A DNA stretch of 38,751 nt from a virus (IMGVR_UViG_3300017589_000252:1-38751), one strand, 5' to 3'; shown: positions 24,286 through 33,270, counted from the stretch's first letter. A program made the numbers and translations. Notes: a model not told the origin generated them from the letters alone.

Positions 24286-26687
24286 CTTTTTCGCTCGTAG
24301 CACCGCTGGATTCCATAGGGTTTTCCCGCTCGGCAGACGCCGATATTACCCCATCCTGATATCTGCTCCAGCAGGCCGTTGATCTCTCTGGTGTTTCGCT
24401 GGCTCATATCGCCCCGCTGCCTTCCGAGGGCTTCGCACCAGATTTCAGCCGCGCACACACGACCACGCGATACTAGCTCCGTTTCGCCGTGCGCCCCGCC
24501 GTTGCGATACATGAGGCGCTGAGAGAGATCCCACTTGGCCCAGTCCCTCGGTACCTCCTGGGCGAGAAAATCGACGATAAGACCTTCCCATGCGTGCCGT
24601 GCCCGGTGCTCTTCCTGGATCCGTACGGCGGCCTCTTCGAGCTTTCCCGGCAAATGAAGAGGCTCCCCCAGTTTCCAGCGAGTTACTGCTTCGGCCCACA
24701 GCTGATCCCGCTCGTTATCGAGATCCTGAAACACATTTTTCGTACGCTGCCGCTGGTCGATGTCCACCGGCCACCAGCGCCGGCCCCCCGTGGGATCCAC
24801 CAGACATTCTTTGGAGTTTGTGGTACCGAAGAAGACGCACTGCCGTGGCCGATCGGCGGTGTAGCGGCCATAAGCGGCTCGGTAATAATCGTTTGTCTTG
24901 GTCAAGAAAGCCTTGACGGCGTCGACGTCTGCTTTGCCCATAGCCTGCATTTCGGCCACCTCATTGAGCCAGGTGCCTTGGATTGTTTCCATGGCGTCTT
25001 TATCGCCGAACGTGCGAAGACTGTCACTAAACCATTCTCCACCCATTTTGGCCAGGATGGTTGACTTGTGGCGGCCCTGTGTACCTACAAGGACCAACAT
25101 GGTGTCATACTTTGCTCCGGGCCGCATGACGCGTGCCACAGCAGCGGTGAAGGCCTTACGGGTGACAGCCTGGACGTATTCGCTGTTCTCTGCCCCCAGG
25201 TAATCTACGAAGAGGGTATCAAGCCTGTACGCGCCATCCCAAGTTAATCCGTTTAGATAATCCCGCACGGGATGGTGAGCCTGATTACTGGCACTGGCCG
25301 CAATGGCATCCAGAATATCGTTTTTCGGTAGTTTGCCGAAGAACGGCTCCAGATAGATCCGGAGCTGTGCCGCATCGTCGTCGCCCCAGGTTTTCGTAGT
25401 GCCAGGGCGCCGCCAGGGCAGAGGACCGGTGACGTCGATGCGGCCGGAAAATAGGTTGAGGCGGAGTAAGCCTTTCAGATTCGGATCGTTTTCCAGCGTC
25501 GTGCGGAGGTTCTTCATGGTCTTCATGGGCTTGCCTTGGGTGTCCACGTCCATAACAGGTGGGCGCCTCCAGCTTCCGTCATTCTCGCTGACAGAGCCAT
25601 CAGGCATACCAAATGCTTCGGCGGCTTTCTCCCAACGTTCATCCATGAGCAGACCGGTCACCCTAGAGTCCTGTACGGCCAGCTCGCACATGGACATATA
25701 GGACGGCAGCCGGTTGGTAGGTGTACCGGTGGCAGCTTCGTCGTCCTGATCACCGAAGCGATGCAGGCGGACAAGGTCAAAGGAATTGACCAGACGGCCG
25801 CTGCAAGGGTCAGTGGCGTGATGGGAGAAAAGAAACTTGCCGCCATCGTATACGACGGCGCCGCCTGTGGTGCTGCCAAAGGTATAGGTGTAGCGCCCTG
25901 GCATGGCGTCCACAGGCTCATACAGACCAGGAAGAAAAGTGTCTATGGCGGCAAGCACGTCGTAAGTGCGGCAGAACGCGCCCACAACGCCCTTTTTCTC
26001 CTCCGGGTCTCCTTGCTTGGCTGCAAGCCTTGCGGGCGCCTGCTGAGCTCCCGGAACCTGCGGCCAGGCGCATACATCGTGCCAGTCCGCGTATAGGGAA
26101 AGCAGACCGTCAGCAGACAGCATGGGTTTGTCCGCAGGCCGGTATATGTATTCGCTGTCAGCACAGCAGGAGGGCCAATACATGAGCCGGGACGCCTCAA
26201 ACGTGGAAGGGTCAGCCAGCTCAATACCAATGAGCGCCGCGACTTTCCGGGTAATAGGCTCATATTCATCAGCGGTTACGGTTCGGTCGATGGGAATGAG
26301 GATCCGCAGCCGCGGCGCTGCCTGGCAGTGCTTGCGGGTAGAGTACACACAGTACCCACAGCCCAGAGCCTCGACACGCCGCAGTACATCCTCTGTGCCC
26401 CCCGCGGGGATGTGATCCAGGTCAAGGGTCAGCACGTCACGCCCGGCCACGGCGTTGGCCTTGCGGCGAGCACCGATAAGGCGCCCTGCCACAAAGCCGC
26501 CGACGTCCTTGAGATCGTCCTGCCGAGGCTTCGGCATACCCATGTACTCCGCCAGCATCTCCGTACCGCGGGCCGGTACCTGAAGCTTGGCGTAAAGTTC
26601 TGAGAGCATAAGTGTTTGAGGCTGCCAGCTGGTGGCCCTCCGGCTCGCGCCGGCGGAGATTGTGATTTGTCGGTCGTATGTAAGCAC
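24258..26687 (-). CDS. Primase-helicase (VapE/virulence-associated E family)
   Basis: N-terminal primase (LDLD, YSTRKH, PRLR, RLMYWPS); GTQGRHKST Walker A; RAAYGR, FFGTTN and TGGRRWWP. Confidence 0.92.
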   Translation of the reverse strand: MLTYDRQITISAGASRRATSWQPQTLMLSELYAKLQVPARGTEMLAEYMGMPKPRQDDLKDVGGFVAGRLIGARRKANAVAGRDVLTLDLDHIPAGGTEDVLRRVEALGCGYCVYSTRKHCQAAPRLRILIPIDRTVTADEYEPITRKVAALIGIELADPSTFEASRLMYWPSCCADSEYIYRPADKPMLSADGLLSLYADWHDVCAWPQVPGAQQAPARLAAKQGDPEEKKGVVGAFCRTYDVLAAIDTFLPGLYEPVDAMPGRYTYTFGSTTGGAVVYDGGKFLFSHHATDPCSGRLVNSFDLVRLHRFGDQDDEAATGTPTNRLPSYMSMCELAVQDSRVTGLLMDERWEKAAEAFGMPDGSVSENDGSWRRPPVMDVDTQGKPMKTMKNLRTTLENDPNLKGLLRLNLFSGRIDVTGPLPWRRPGTTKTWGDDDAAQLRIYLEPFFGKLPKNDILDAIAASASNQAHHPVRDYLNGLTWDGAYRLDTLFVDYLGAENSEYVQAVTRKAFTAAVARVMRPGAKYDTMLVLVGTQGRHKSTILAKMGGEWFSDSLRTFGDKDAMETIQGTWLNEVAEMQAMGKADVDAVKAFLTKTNDYYRAAYGRYTADRPRQCVFFGTTNSKECLVDPTGGRRWWPVDIDQRQRTKNVFQDLDNERDQLWAEAVTRWKLGEPLHLPGKLEEAAVRIQEEHRARHAWEGLIVDFLAQEVPRDWAKWDLSQRLMYRNGGAHGETELVSRGRVCAAEIWCEALGRQRGDMSQRNTREINGLLEQISGWGNIGVCRAGKPYGIQRCYERKSVTDEGVTL

Positions 26688-26703
26688 TTGGAGTGATCAC
26701 TCC

Positions 26704-26732
26704 TTTACAGTTGGAGAATTTTGTAATATAAT
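26704..26732 (+). promoter_or_regulatory. SigA promoter overlapping the vapE RBS in reverse
   Basis: TTTACA-17 nt-TATAAT. Confidence 0.75.
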
Positions 26733-26753
26733 CATTTAAAAAGGAGGGTGTTT

Positions 26754-26981
26754 ATGGAAACCATGTTTGAAGACATTATTGAGTACCCCTTGAATGTAAA
26801 CTGTCTTAAGAAAAATTGGGTAATTGAAACGCTATATTGCCAGTATCAAAAACAACAAAACGGTTTTTTCAAGACTCTTGGAGTAAACATCTGTGACAAT
26901 GGGAGTGGCGATAGTACTTGTGAAGAATGTAAAAGTTTAGCGCGTAAAAAGATAGAAAATATTTTTAATGGGGCTCGCTAG
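26754..26981 (+). CDS. Small Cys-rich protein, opposite to the replication operon
   Basis: AT-rich, AAGGAGG RBS, own promoter; five Cys including TCEEC. Confidence 0.75.
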   Translation: METMFEDIIEYPLNVNCLKKNWVIETLYCQYQKQQNGFFKTLGVNICDNGSGDSTCEECKSLARKKIENIFNGAR

Positions 26982-26991
26982 AGCTTCTTCT

Positions 26992-29010
26992 TCAATCCTT
27001 TTTAAAGAATGGGTTAACCCACCCATCGGCGTTCAGAGGCAGACCAGGCGCCCAGGGGATGGGCTGGGACATAATGTCGATTACTGTTTCAAGACTGGCC
27101 AAACCAGCGTGGGCCTCAATGACCACTTCATCGTGGACATCGAATACGATGCGGTACCCGGCGTCTTCCAGACGGAGCATCGCGTCGAACAGGCAATCGC
27201 GGGCAATGGCCTGAACGCAGTTTTCCGTGAGTTTTCCGCCGTATGTCTCCACGACCTCCCACTTTTTTGTGGTCTGGTTCATGCCGTAATATGCGATGCT
27301 CTCACCACCCCACTGATTGACGCCAAGATGGGGCTGGACGTAATACAGCTTGCGTCCGCTGGGCAGACGTATGGTCAAGAAGTCCTGACCGTTGGCGGGA
27401 TCACACTCCCGGGCAAACATAAGCCCCCGGACACCCACTGGCCGCCTCGTATTGATGGCTTGGATGGCAGCGTTTTGGATGCCATACCACAGATCAACAA
27501 TCCGCTTATTAGCAGAGCGCCATCGGCTTACGATGTCGGACAGCTCCTCTTCTGCCAGCCCCATAGTGAGAGCCCCCATCTTGACCAGCGCACCGGTGCT
27601 TCCCTGAAATCCGAGGGCGAGCGTGGCCACTTTTCCCTTTTGCCGGAGCGCATATTCCGGATTACCCTTTTTGATGAGCTCCAGCGGCGTGCCGAACATT
27701 TGGGACGCCGTGGCTTCGTAGATCTTGCCGTGGGTACGGAACACTTCCAGCACCCACTCTTCACCAGCAAGCCATGCGATGACACGAGCCTCAATGGCAG
27801 AGAAATCGGCGTCAATGAGGGTCATGCCGGGGGCGGCGATAAAAGCTGTGCGGATCAGCTGGGAGAGGGTATCCGGCACGCTGCCGTAAATCAACCGCAG
27901 GGCATCCAACTGTCGGTCTTTGATCAGTCTTCTGGCCAAGGGCAATAACTCTGCGGCAATGTATGTACGGGGGAGATTCTGCACCTGCACCAGCCGCCCG
28001 GCCTCTCTGCCTGTCCTGTTTGCACCGTAGAACTGCAGCAGGCCGCGCACACGGCCGTCAGCGCATACCGTTGTTTCCAGAGCGTTGTACTTCTTGGTGC
28101 TGGTCTTCCCAAGCTCCTGCCGGATCTCCAGCACGCGCCGCGCGGCATCGCTGCTAATGTCCTTGCCAAGTAGGTCGGTAACGGTTTCCTTGCGCAGATC
28201 CGCGATCGCTTCTTCGGTCTCGGTCTGCAGCCACTTAGATAACTGGGCCACACTGTTGGGGTTGTCCAGACCGGTAAGTTGCACGGCCTCGGCCATGAGC
28301 TCAGTGCGGACCGTATCGCCGCACCAAAGGGCTCCGTCCACCATTGCAAGATCCACGGCGACGCCCCTGGTGTTGATGATCTGATCGGTTACCCACTGCT
28401 TTTGCACTTCCACGGGCACCGGGAAATTGGAAAGGCGGCGCTCGATCTCCATTTCGGTCACTACATCCTGCGTGTTATAGGTTTTAAACAGCATCCACCG
28501 CTCAGGGTCATGGTAGGGCAGGTTGCGGGTCCGGTTGCCGTTGGTTCTTGTAGATTTGCAGGGGATGCAGAAATAGCGGATCAGCGCCTTGCCCATCGCC
28601 TGCTTCTGCTTATCAGCCGGCAGACCCATGGCTTTTCCGGTGGCCTCCAAGCTGTTGGCAAAGCCACAATAGAGGCCGTGGAGCATGGTGCATTGCCATT
28701 GGGGCAGCCAGGCTTCGGGTGGGTAGTTTGCGTTATTGCGTAGGCTGAAATATTTTGACAGACAATACCACTCGAAGGCGGCATTGTAGGCATGCTTAAC
28801 GGTATCCGGATTAAACAGATGCGCCGTAACCGTTTCCGGAAGATACCGATCCTGAGTCAGATCCACCACCTGTACTGGCGAACCATCCAGAGACCAGGCA
28901 AAGAGGAGGACCTGAAAGTCCGGGCTCTGGACGTATTTATAGAGCCCGGACTTGCCAAGATCGACCGAAGAATAGGTCTCAATGTCTATGGATAAATGAT
29001 GCCGTGTCAT
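26992..29010 (-). CDS. Phage DNA polymerase, family A
   Basis: Exonuclease DIET and AYNAAFE; polymerase QNLPR, DFSAIEAR, RQKGK...L and HDE. Confidence 0.96.
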   Translation of the reverse strand: MTRHHLSIDIETYSSVDLGKSGLYKYVQSPDFQVLLFAWSLDGSPVQVVDLTQDRYLPETVTAHLFNPDTVKHAYNAAFEWYCLSKYFSLRNNANYPPEAWLPQWQCTMLHGLYCGFANSLEATGKAMGLPADKQKQAMGKALIRYFCIPCKSTRTNGNRTRNLPYHDPERWMLFKTYNTQDVVTEMEIERRLSNFPVPVEVQKQWVTDQIINTRGVAVDLAMVDGALWCGDTVRTELMAEAVQLTGLDNPNSVAQLSKWLQTETEEAIADLRKETVTDLLGKDISSDAARRVLEIRQELGKTSTKKYNALETTVCADGRVRGLLQFYGANRTGREAGRLVQVQNLPRTYIAAELLPLARRLIKDRQLDALRLIYGSVPDTLSQLIRTAFIAAPGMTLIDADFSAIEARVIAWLAGEEWVLEVFRTHGKIYEATASQMFGTPLELIKKGNPEYALRQKGKVATLALGFQGSTGALVKMGALTMGLAEEELSDIVSRWRSANKRIVDLWYGIQNAAIQAINTRRPVGVRGLMFARECDPANGQDFLTIRLPSGRKLYYVQPHLGVNQWGGESIAYYGMNQTTKKWEVVETYGGKLTENCVQAIARDCLFDAMLRLEDAGYRIVFDVHDEVVIEAHAGLASLETVIDIMSQPIPWAPGLPLNADGWVNPFFKKD

Positions 29011-29013
29011 GGC

Positions 29014-29745
29014 TTACATGCCCATAATAGGCATGCCGGTAAATGGGTTGATGTTGCTGGGTTGAGGGTACGCGGGCGCTGCAGGCTGGGGATAGGCAGA
29101 TTGTACAGGAGCCGCCGTCGGATACCCATAAGGAGGTGCGGGAGCATACTGTGGCGGATATTGCGGAGCTGCTTGCTGCGGATAGCTAGGCTGTTGGGGG
29201 TACACAGGTGCAGCCGGAGCGCCGAAGGCTTCCGCAGCAGATACGTGGCTGGCAAGAGGCTCACCGTCTCTGGTTTTCTGGACGCCGTTCAAGCCGCAGC
29301 CGATACCCTTTTTTCCGGAATTGCTATAGGCAAAGAAGTTGACGCTAACCCGGCCGTACATGCCGCTATAGATCTCGGACTGCTGAAGGATGGGTTGGAC
29401 GTTCTGGTCCACTACAAAAGGCGCATTTTTGCTTGAAGCGGTAAATACCCAATGCCCGCGGCACTCGGCACCGAAGGCCTGACCATCGCTGGGGCGGGCG
29501 CCGTCGCCGTCATGGACGCAGATAGCAGGCTGAGGCGGACGGACACCATTCCAGCATTTGGACACCCCCGCATCAATCGCGGCTGCGATGGCGGCGTCAA
29601 TCGCGGTCTTGGTCGCAAAATCAGACTTGGGTACTAATACGGTGGTGCTGTATTTGGCTTCCGCGCCCTGCTGCCGGGCGACGGCCTGAAACAGGTTGGT
29701 ATAAGAAAGGCGAACCTCGCCGGTGGTAACAGTGGAAGTATTCAT
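29014..29745 (-). CDS. DUF2815 single-stranded DNA-binding protein (T7 gp2.5-like)
   Basis: VRLSY, KYS, DGD, IYSG.YGR and GLNGVQK..DGEPL; AAGGAG RBS before ATG 29745. Confidence 0.9.
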   Translation of the reverse strand: MNTSTVTTGEVRLSYTNLFQAVARQQGAEAKYSTTVLVPKSDFATKTAIDAAIAAAIDAGVSKCWNGVRPPQPAICVHDGDGARPSDGQAFGAECRGHWVFTASSKNAPFVVDQNVQPILQQSEIYSGMYGRVSVNFFAYSNSGKKGIGCGLNGVQKTRDGEPLASHVSAAEAFGAPAAPVYPQQPSYPQQAAPQYPPQYAPAPPYGYPTAAPVQSAYPQPAAPAYPQPSNINPFTGMPIMGM

Positions 29746-29856
29746 ATTTATTTTCTCCTTTTTGTTTTTTGAATTTGTAAAATTAAAGCGGCCTACAAGC
29801 ATATGCCCTTCTGTCATTTGGTCTATGTAATATTCAGAGATATCTCCCATGACGGA

Positions 29857-31047
29857 TTACCCATTATTTCCGAAGGCTACAGCTGCGGCATTGTATGGAG
29901 GGCGTTTGTCATCTTCGGGCGCCAGTGTGGGCTTGCCGGGTTGTTTTAGGACGTAACTCTCGGCCACTTCACCGAATAGCTTTTTGCCAAGTTCCTTCTC
30001 CAGTGCCGGAGGAGTCAGCGGATTACGCACCCACAGCAGTGCGGGATCTACACCGGCCGCGGTAATTGCGTCGAAGGCGGTGTCTTGATTGTTCCACAAC
30101 CGGCTTCCACGGCCTTCCACCAGCTTCCAGCCTGGGATCTCTTTGCCGGCCAAAATGGCGTTCTGGGCGTATTCTTTGATGCTGTTGTACCAATCCACCA
30201 GCGGGGCGCCGCGGCGGAGAACGTCGCTTACTTCTGCGTCGGTAAGTACCGGGGGCAGGGAACGCTTGAAAGCTTCGAGAGCCAGGCTGTTATTGGCTCG
30301 CACCCGGCAGGTTGGCCGTACCTTACAGAAGCGGCACCAGTCGCCTGCGTGCTGTTCCCCGGTGCCGGCCAAAGCTTCGGAAGCTCTTGGCTTAACGACC
30401 TCGGCTCCCCACGTCTCGAGTTCCGCACGGGAGATCTCCCAGTTAGTCACGCTGTTTAACCTGGGCTGCACGATGGTCATTCTGACGATCTGTATGGTGC
30501 TGCCGTAAATAGGGGCGAACAGGGCGAGGGCACCTAAAGCATACATTTTCATCTGGGGGTTATCTTCGGCTGCAACCGGGACGCCTTTCCCGTTCTTATA
30601 GTCGGTTACCCACAGGACGCCGCCGCCGATCTGAATACAATCGGCCGTGCCTTCCGCTGGTCGGGTTGGATCGTCCTCGTCCTTTTCTCCTGTGATGGCC
30701 CCGACAGGGACCGCACATTCCAGAACAGTGCAGGGTGAATGCTCAAATGACATGGCGTGTTCAGTCAGCACATCTATGTAGGTGTCGGTGTTCTCCTGCA
30801 TCTCTTCCTGGTACCGAGGATCCTCTTTCAGTTTCTTCATGGCGCTGTTGAAGGCCCTGGCGCTCATTGGCTCCGTGAATTTCTTGCGGGCCTTGAGTTC
30901 TGCGATAGAGTGAGCTAGGCGCCCGACCTCGGCGTCCTCACTGGTGGTCTCCGGAACGTGCTCACCCAGCCGAACCGAGGGCGGGCAGTTTAGCCACTGC
31001 TTGGCTGAGGAAGGGGACAGCAGTGCGTGCTTTTCAGGCGTAGGCAT
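29857..31047 (-). CDS. DUF2800 Cas4-like PD-(D/E)XK nuclease
   Basis: HALLSPSS..WLNCPPS, GTAD, DYKNG, Q...YALG and WCRFC.....C. Confidence 0.92.
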   Translation of the reverse strand: MPTPEKHALLSPSSAKQWLNCPPSVRLGEHVPETTSEDAEVGRLAHSIAELKARKKFTEPMSARAFNSAMKKLKEDPRYQEEMQENTDTYIDVLTEHAMSFEHSPCTVLECAVPVGAITGEKDEDDPTRPAEGTADCIQIGGGVLWVTDYKNGKGVPVAAEDNPQMKMYALGALALFAPIYGSTIQIVRMTIVQPRLNSVTNWEISRAELETWGAEVVKPRASEALAGTGEQHAGDWCRFCKVRPTCRVRANNSLALEAFKRSLPPVLTDAEVSDVLRRGAPLVDWYNSIKEYAQNAILAGKEIPGWKLVEGRGSRLWNNQDTAFDAITAAGVDPALLWVRNPLTPPALEKELGKKLFGEVAESYVLKQPGKPTLAPEDDKRPPYNAAAVAFGNNG

Positions 31048-31048
31048 C

Positions 31049-31579
31049 TCAGATCCTGGCCCCCATTCCACGCAGTGCTGTTGCGAAGGGCCCCAGCTGG
31101 TCAGGCTTTAACTCGGTCACAGCCTGGACACCGTACTGATTCAGCAAGCCAAACAGCTGCGGCATAATCCCCGGGTTACTTTCAACAAGGGCCGCGCCGG
31201 CATTTGCCACCCGTTCGATGGTGTAGGCTGGAGCGGGAGCTGTGGGGACTGCTGCGGGCATGGGTGCCGGAACAACATTACCCTGCGGCTGCGCTACAGT
31301 TGCAGGAGTCTGATAGGGGGCAGTAACTACGGGGGCGGGGGCAGCCGCATGGGTAGGGTTTACGGGAGCTGCCTGCAGAGGCGCCACTGGAATTACCGGA
31401 TGCGGCATGGGTGCCGGTGCCGCTTGCGGGATATAGGGGCTGCTGATTGCCGTAGGATATTCGGAGGGTGGAGTAAGCAAGTGCCCGACTTCCGGTGCGC
31501 CCGGCAGTGCCGCGAACAGGTCGCGGATAGTGGTGAAGACTTCGTTTGCGTGGTCGCCGGCGATGGTGAGTGTGATCAT
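31049..31579 (-). CDS. Hypothetical replication-module protein with Pro/Ala-rich linker
   Basis: C-terminal LLNQYGVQAVTELKPDQ, typical of the gene preceding DUF2800. Confidence 0.8.
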   Translation of the reverse strand: MITLTIAGDHANEVFTTIRDLFAALPGAPEVGHLLTPPSEYPTAISSPYIPQAAPAPMPHPVIPVAPLQAAPVNPTHAAAPAPVVTAPYQTPATVAQPQGNVVPAPMPAAVPTAPAPAYTIERVANAGAALVESNPGIMPQLFGLLNQYGVQAVTELKPDQLGPFATALRGMGARI

Positions 31580-31599
31580 GATTTTTTATCCTTTCATTT

Positions 31600-31794
31600 T
31601 TAAACTTTCATAGATGGTTTATTAGGCTTGTATATGTTCAGCCCGATTTTGATATCATCTTTGCCCACAGGCTGATTACCTTCCGTGCTGGCAACGACAA
31701 TTGATTTGCCGGAGCTGGATGGGCCGAAACTTTGTGCCAGGTCAACCTCAATGAGTAGCTTGGCCCCTTCGATTTTTATGCTAACATTCTTCAT
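31600..31794 (-). CDS. Small hypothetical protein
   Basis: GGAGGAG RBS; VDL...FGPSSSGKS..VAST.GN motif. Confidence 0.8.
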   Translation of the reverse strand: MKNVSIKIEGAKLLIEVDLAQSFGPSSSGKSIVVASTEGNQPVGKDDIKIGLNIYKPNKPSMKV

Positions 31795-32044
31795 TCTGAA
31801 GCTCCTCCAATTTCGTTTTTAGATGCTCCGCGCAATTGCGGCAGACGCCGACGCCATCAATGGTCAGCAGATCTTTTGTGCTACCACAGATCACGCAAGA
31901 GGCGTTTACGGGGGATACAAGGACGCCGCCGGGCACCGCTTCTATGTTCATGGGATCTCCCTCGGTGATGCCCAGGCCGCGACGCATCTCCTTTGGGATA
32001 ACAATCCTGCCGAGATCGTCAATTCGTCTCACAAATTCCTTCAT
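31781..32044 (-). CDS. AbrB/SpoVT-family regulator with C-terminal Zn ribbon
   Basis: VRRIDDLGRIVIPKEMRR.LGI; CVIC...CRNC. Confidence 0.92.
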   Translation of the reverse strand: MKEFVRRIDDLGRIVIPKEMRRGLGITEGDPMNIEAVPGGVLVSPVNASCVICGSTKDLLTIDGVGVCRNCAEHLKTKLEELQNEEC

Positions 32045-32046
32045 AC

Positions 32047-32139
32047 TTGACAATTCCTTTCAAAAGCCATACAATGATGGTGAGTTATTTTTCCTTGGCC
32101 GTTTCGTCTGTTGCAGAGACGAGGCGGCCTTTTATTTTT
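32047..32139 (+). ncRNA. Putative antisense sRNA unit (promoter + terminator) opposite the abrB leader
   Basis: TTGACA (32047)-18 nt-TACAAT (32071); hairpin GGCCGTTTCGTCT/AGACGAGGCGGCC followed by TTTTATTTTT. Confidence 0.65.
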
Positions 32140-32827
32140 CTGTGCGGCATACTTCCTCGACTACGGCCAGCGCGGCCAGCTCCACAGCACATCGGCAGGC
32201 ATCGTCACTTACCAGCAGATAGTCATTGAGTCTTTTAATGTGCCCTTCCGCTGCCAGGAGGAGCTGACGCCAGACCATGCCGGGCTGCAGGCCTCGTTCG
32301 TATGTCTTTGCAATTGCCAGGTCAAAAGTGTCGTAGATCAGCGGATCATATTCATTCGGTAAGTAAACAGGTTTATTTACTTCCGGATCTGATGGTGATA
32401 GTTGCTGACTATCAGGCGCAATCTTCTGCGCCATAGCGGCTTCGACCTTCTCTTTTACCACTGCCGGCAGCGCATCGATGCTGGGTACCTTTAACGCCAT
32501 TGGTTTGTCCTCCTTTTCCTTTTTCACCCGGCCCAGCGTCGGCAGACCATGCGCTTTGCGCCACGCCCATACGCCACCGGCGGTCACGCCGAATACTGCC
32601 GCGATATCTACGTCACTCTTGCCTTCGTCATAGAGCCCGCGGGCCTCGGCGTCGTTAATTTTTCCGCTCAAACTTTTTGCCTCCTTTTTGTTGGATTTGG
32701 ATATTCCAAGAATTAGATCAATTTCTGAAACACGGCATAGGTTAAGCTCCGCGAGTACTTTCCGCTGCCGAACTGGGTTCTTTGACTGCCGATAGTTAGT
32801 GATGATTTCGCCCGGCGTCATCTCCAT
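32132..32827 (-). CDS. Hypothetical protein with HTH
   Basis: MT..EI...YRQ.K......VLAELN; LYDEGKSD.DIA..FGV....V..WR...GL. Confidence 0.8.
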   Translation of the reverse strand: MEMTPGEIITNYRQSKNPVRQRKVLAELNLCRVSEIDLILGISKSNKKEAKSLSGKINDAEARGLYDEGKSDVDIAAVFGVTAGGVWAWRKAHGLPTLGRVKKEKEDKPMALKVPSIDALPAVVKEKVEAAMAQKIAPDSQQLSPSDPEVNKPVYLPNEYDPLIYDTFDLAIAKTYERGLQPGMVWRQLLLAAEGHIKRLNDYLLVSDDACRCAVELAALAVVEEVCRTEK

Positions 32828-32840
32828 TTCTTTGCCTCCC

Positions 32841-33152
32841 TTATGCCGGTGCCAGGAACAGACCAGCCAAGTCCTCGTCTCCGGGTTTGATGCTGCCGAA
32901 CTCCTCGCCTACGCTGCGGCAGATAAAAAAGTCACCGACAAGTACATCAATAGGGCGGCGACCATCTTTGTAGAGTACGCGGTTGGCAGGCTTGTCCTTC
33001 AGCTTGCCTTCCTCGTCGCAGACGAGTACCAGGTTATCGGTCAGCCGGACGGTCTCTATGTAGCCACCTACCACATCCTGCATCGCTTCCAGGGTAGGCG
33101 CTATAAATTTTATAGCCGGTTCACACCCGGGCTTGTACAATAAAACTTTCAC
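32841..33152 (-). CDS. DUF3846-family protein
   Basis: LEAMQDVVGGYIE, CDEEGKL...PANR and LVGDFFI; GTG start with AAGGAG RBS. Confidence 0.85.
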   Translation of the reverse strand: MKVLLYKPGCEPAIKFIAPTLEAMQDVVGGYIETVRLTDNLVLVCDEEGKLKDKPANRVLYKDGRRPIDVLVGDFFICRSVGEEFGSIKPGDEDLAGLFLAPA

Positions 33153-33270
33153 GTTTTGCTCCTTTCTTTTTTCGCGCACAGCATGGGCCTATATATTTCT
33201 GGGGACTCGGCTCGATCCGGGAGATGTTCCAGCGCTTGCCGCAGCGCGAACACAGACGATAGCGCTTCAT
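33121..33270 (-). CDS. 49-aa basic Cys-rich protein (not in ORF track)
   Basis: ATGA overlap with the upstream stop. Begins MKRYRLCSRCGKRWNIS...YIGPCCARKKKG. Confidence 0.6.
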   Translation of the reverse strand: MKRYRLCSRCGKRWNISRIEPSPQKYIGPCCARKKKGAKRESFIVQARV

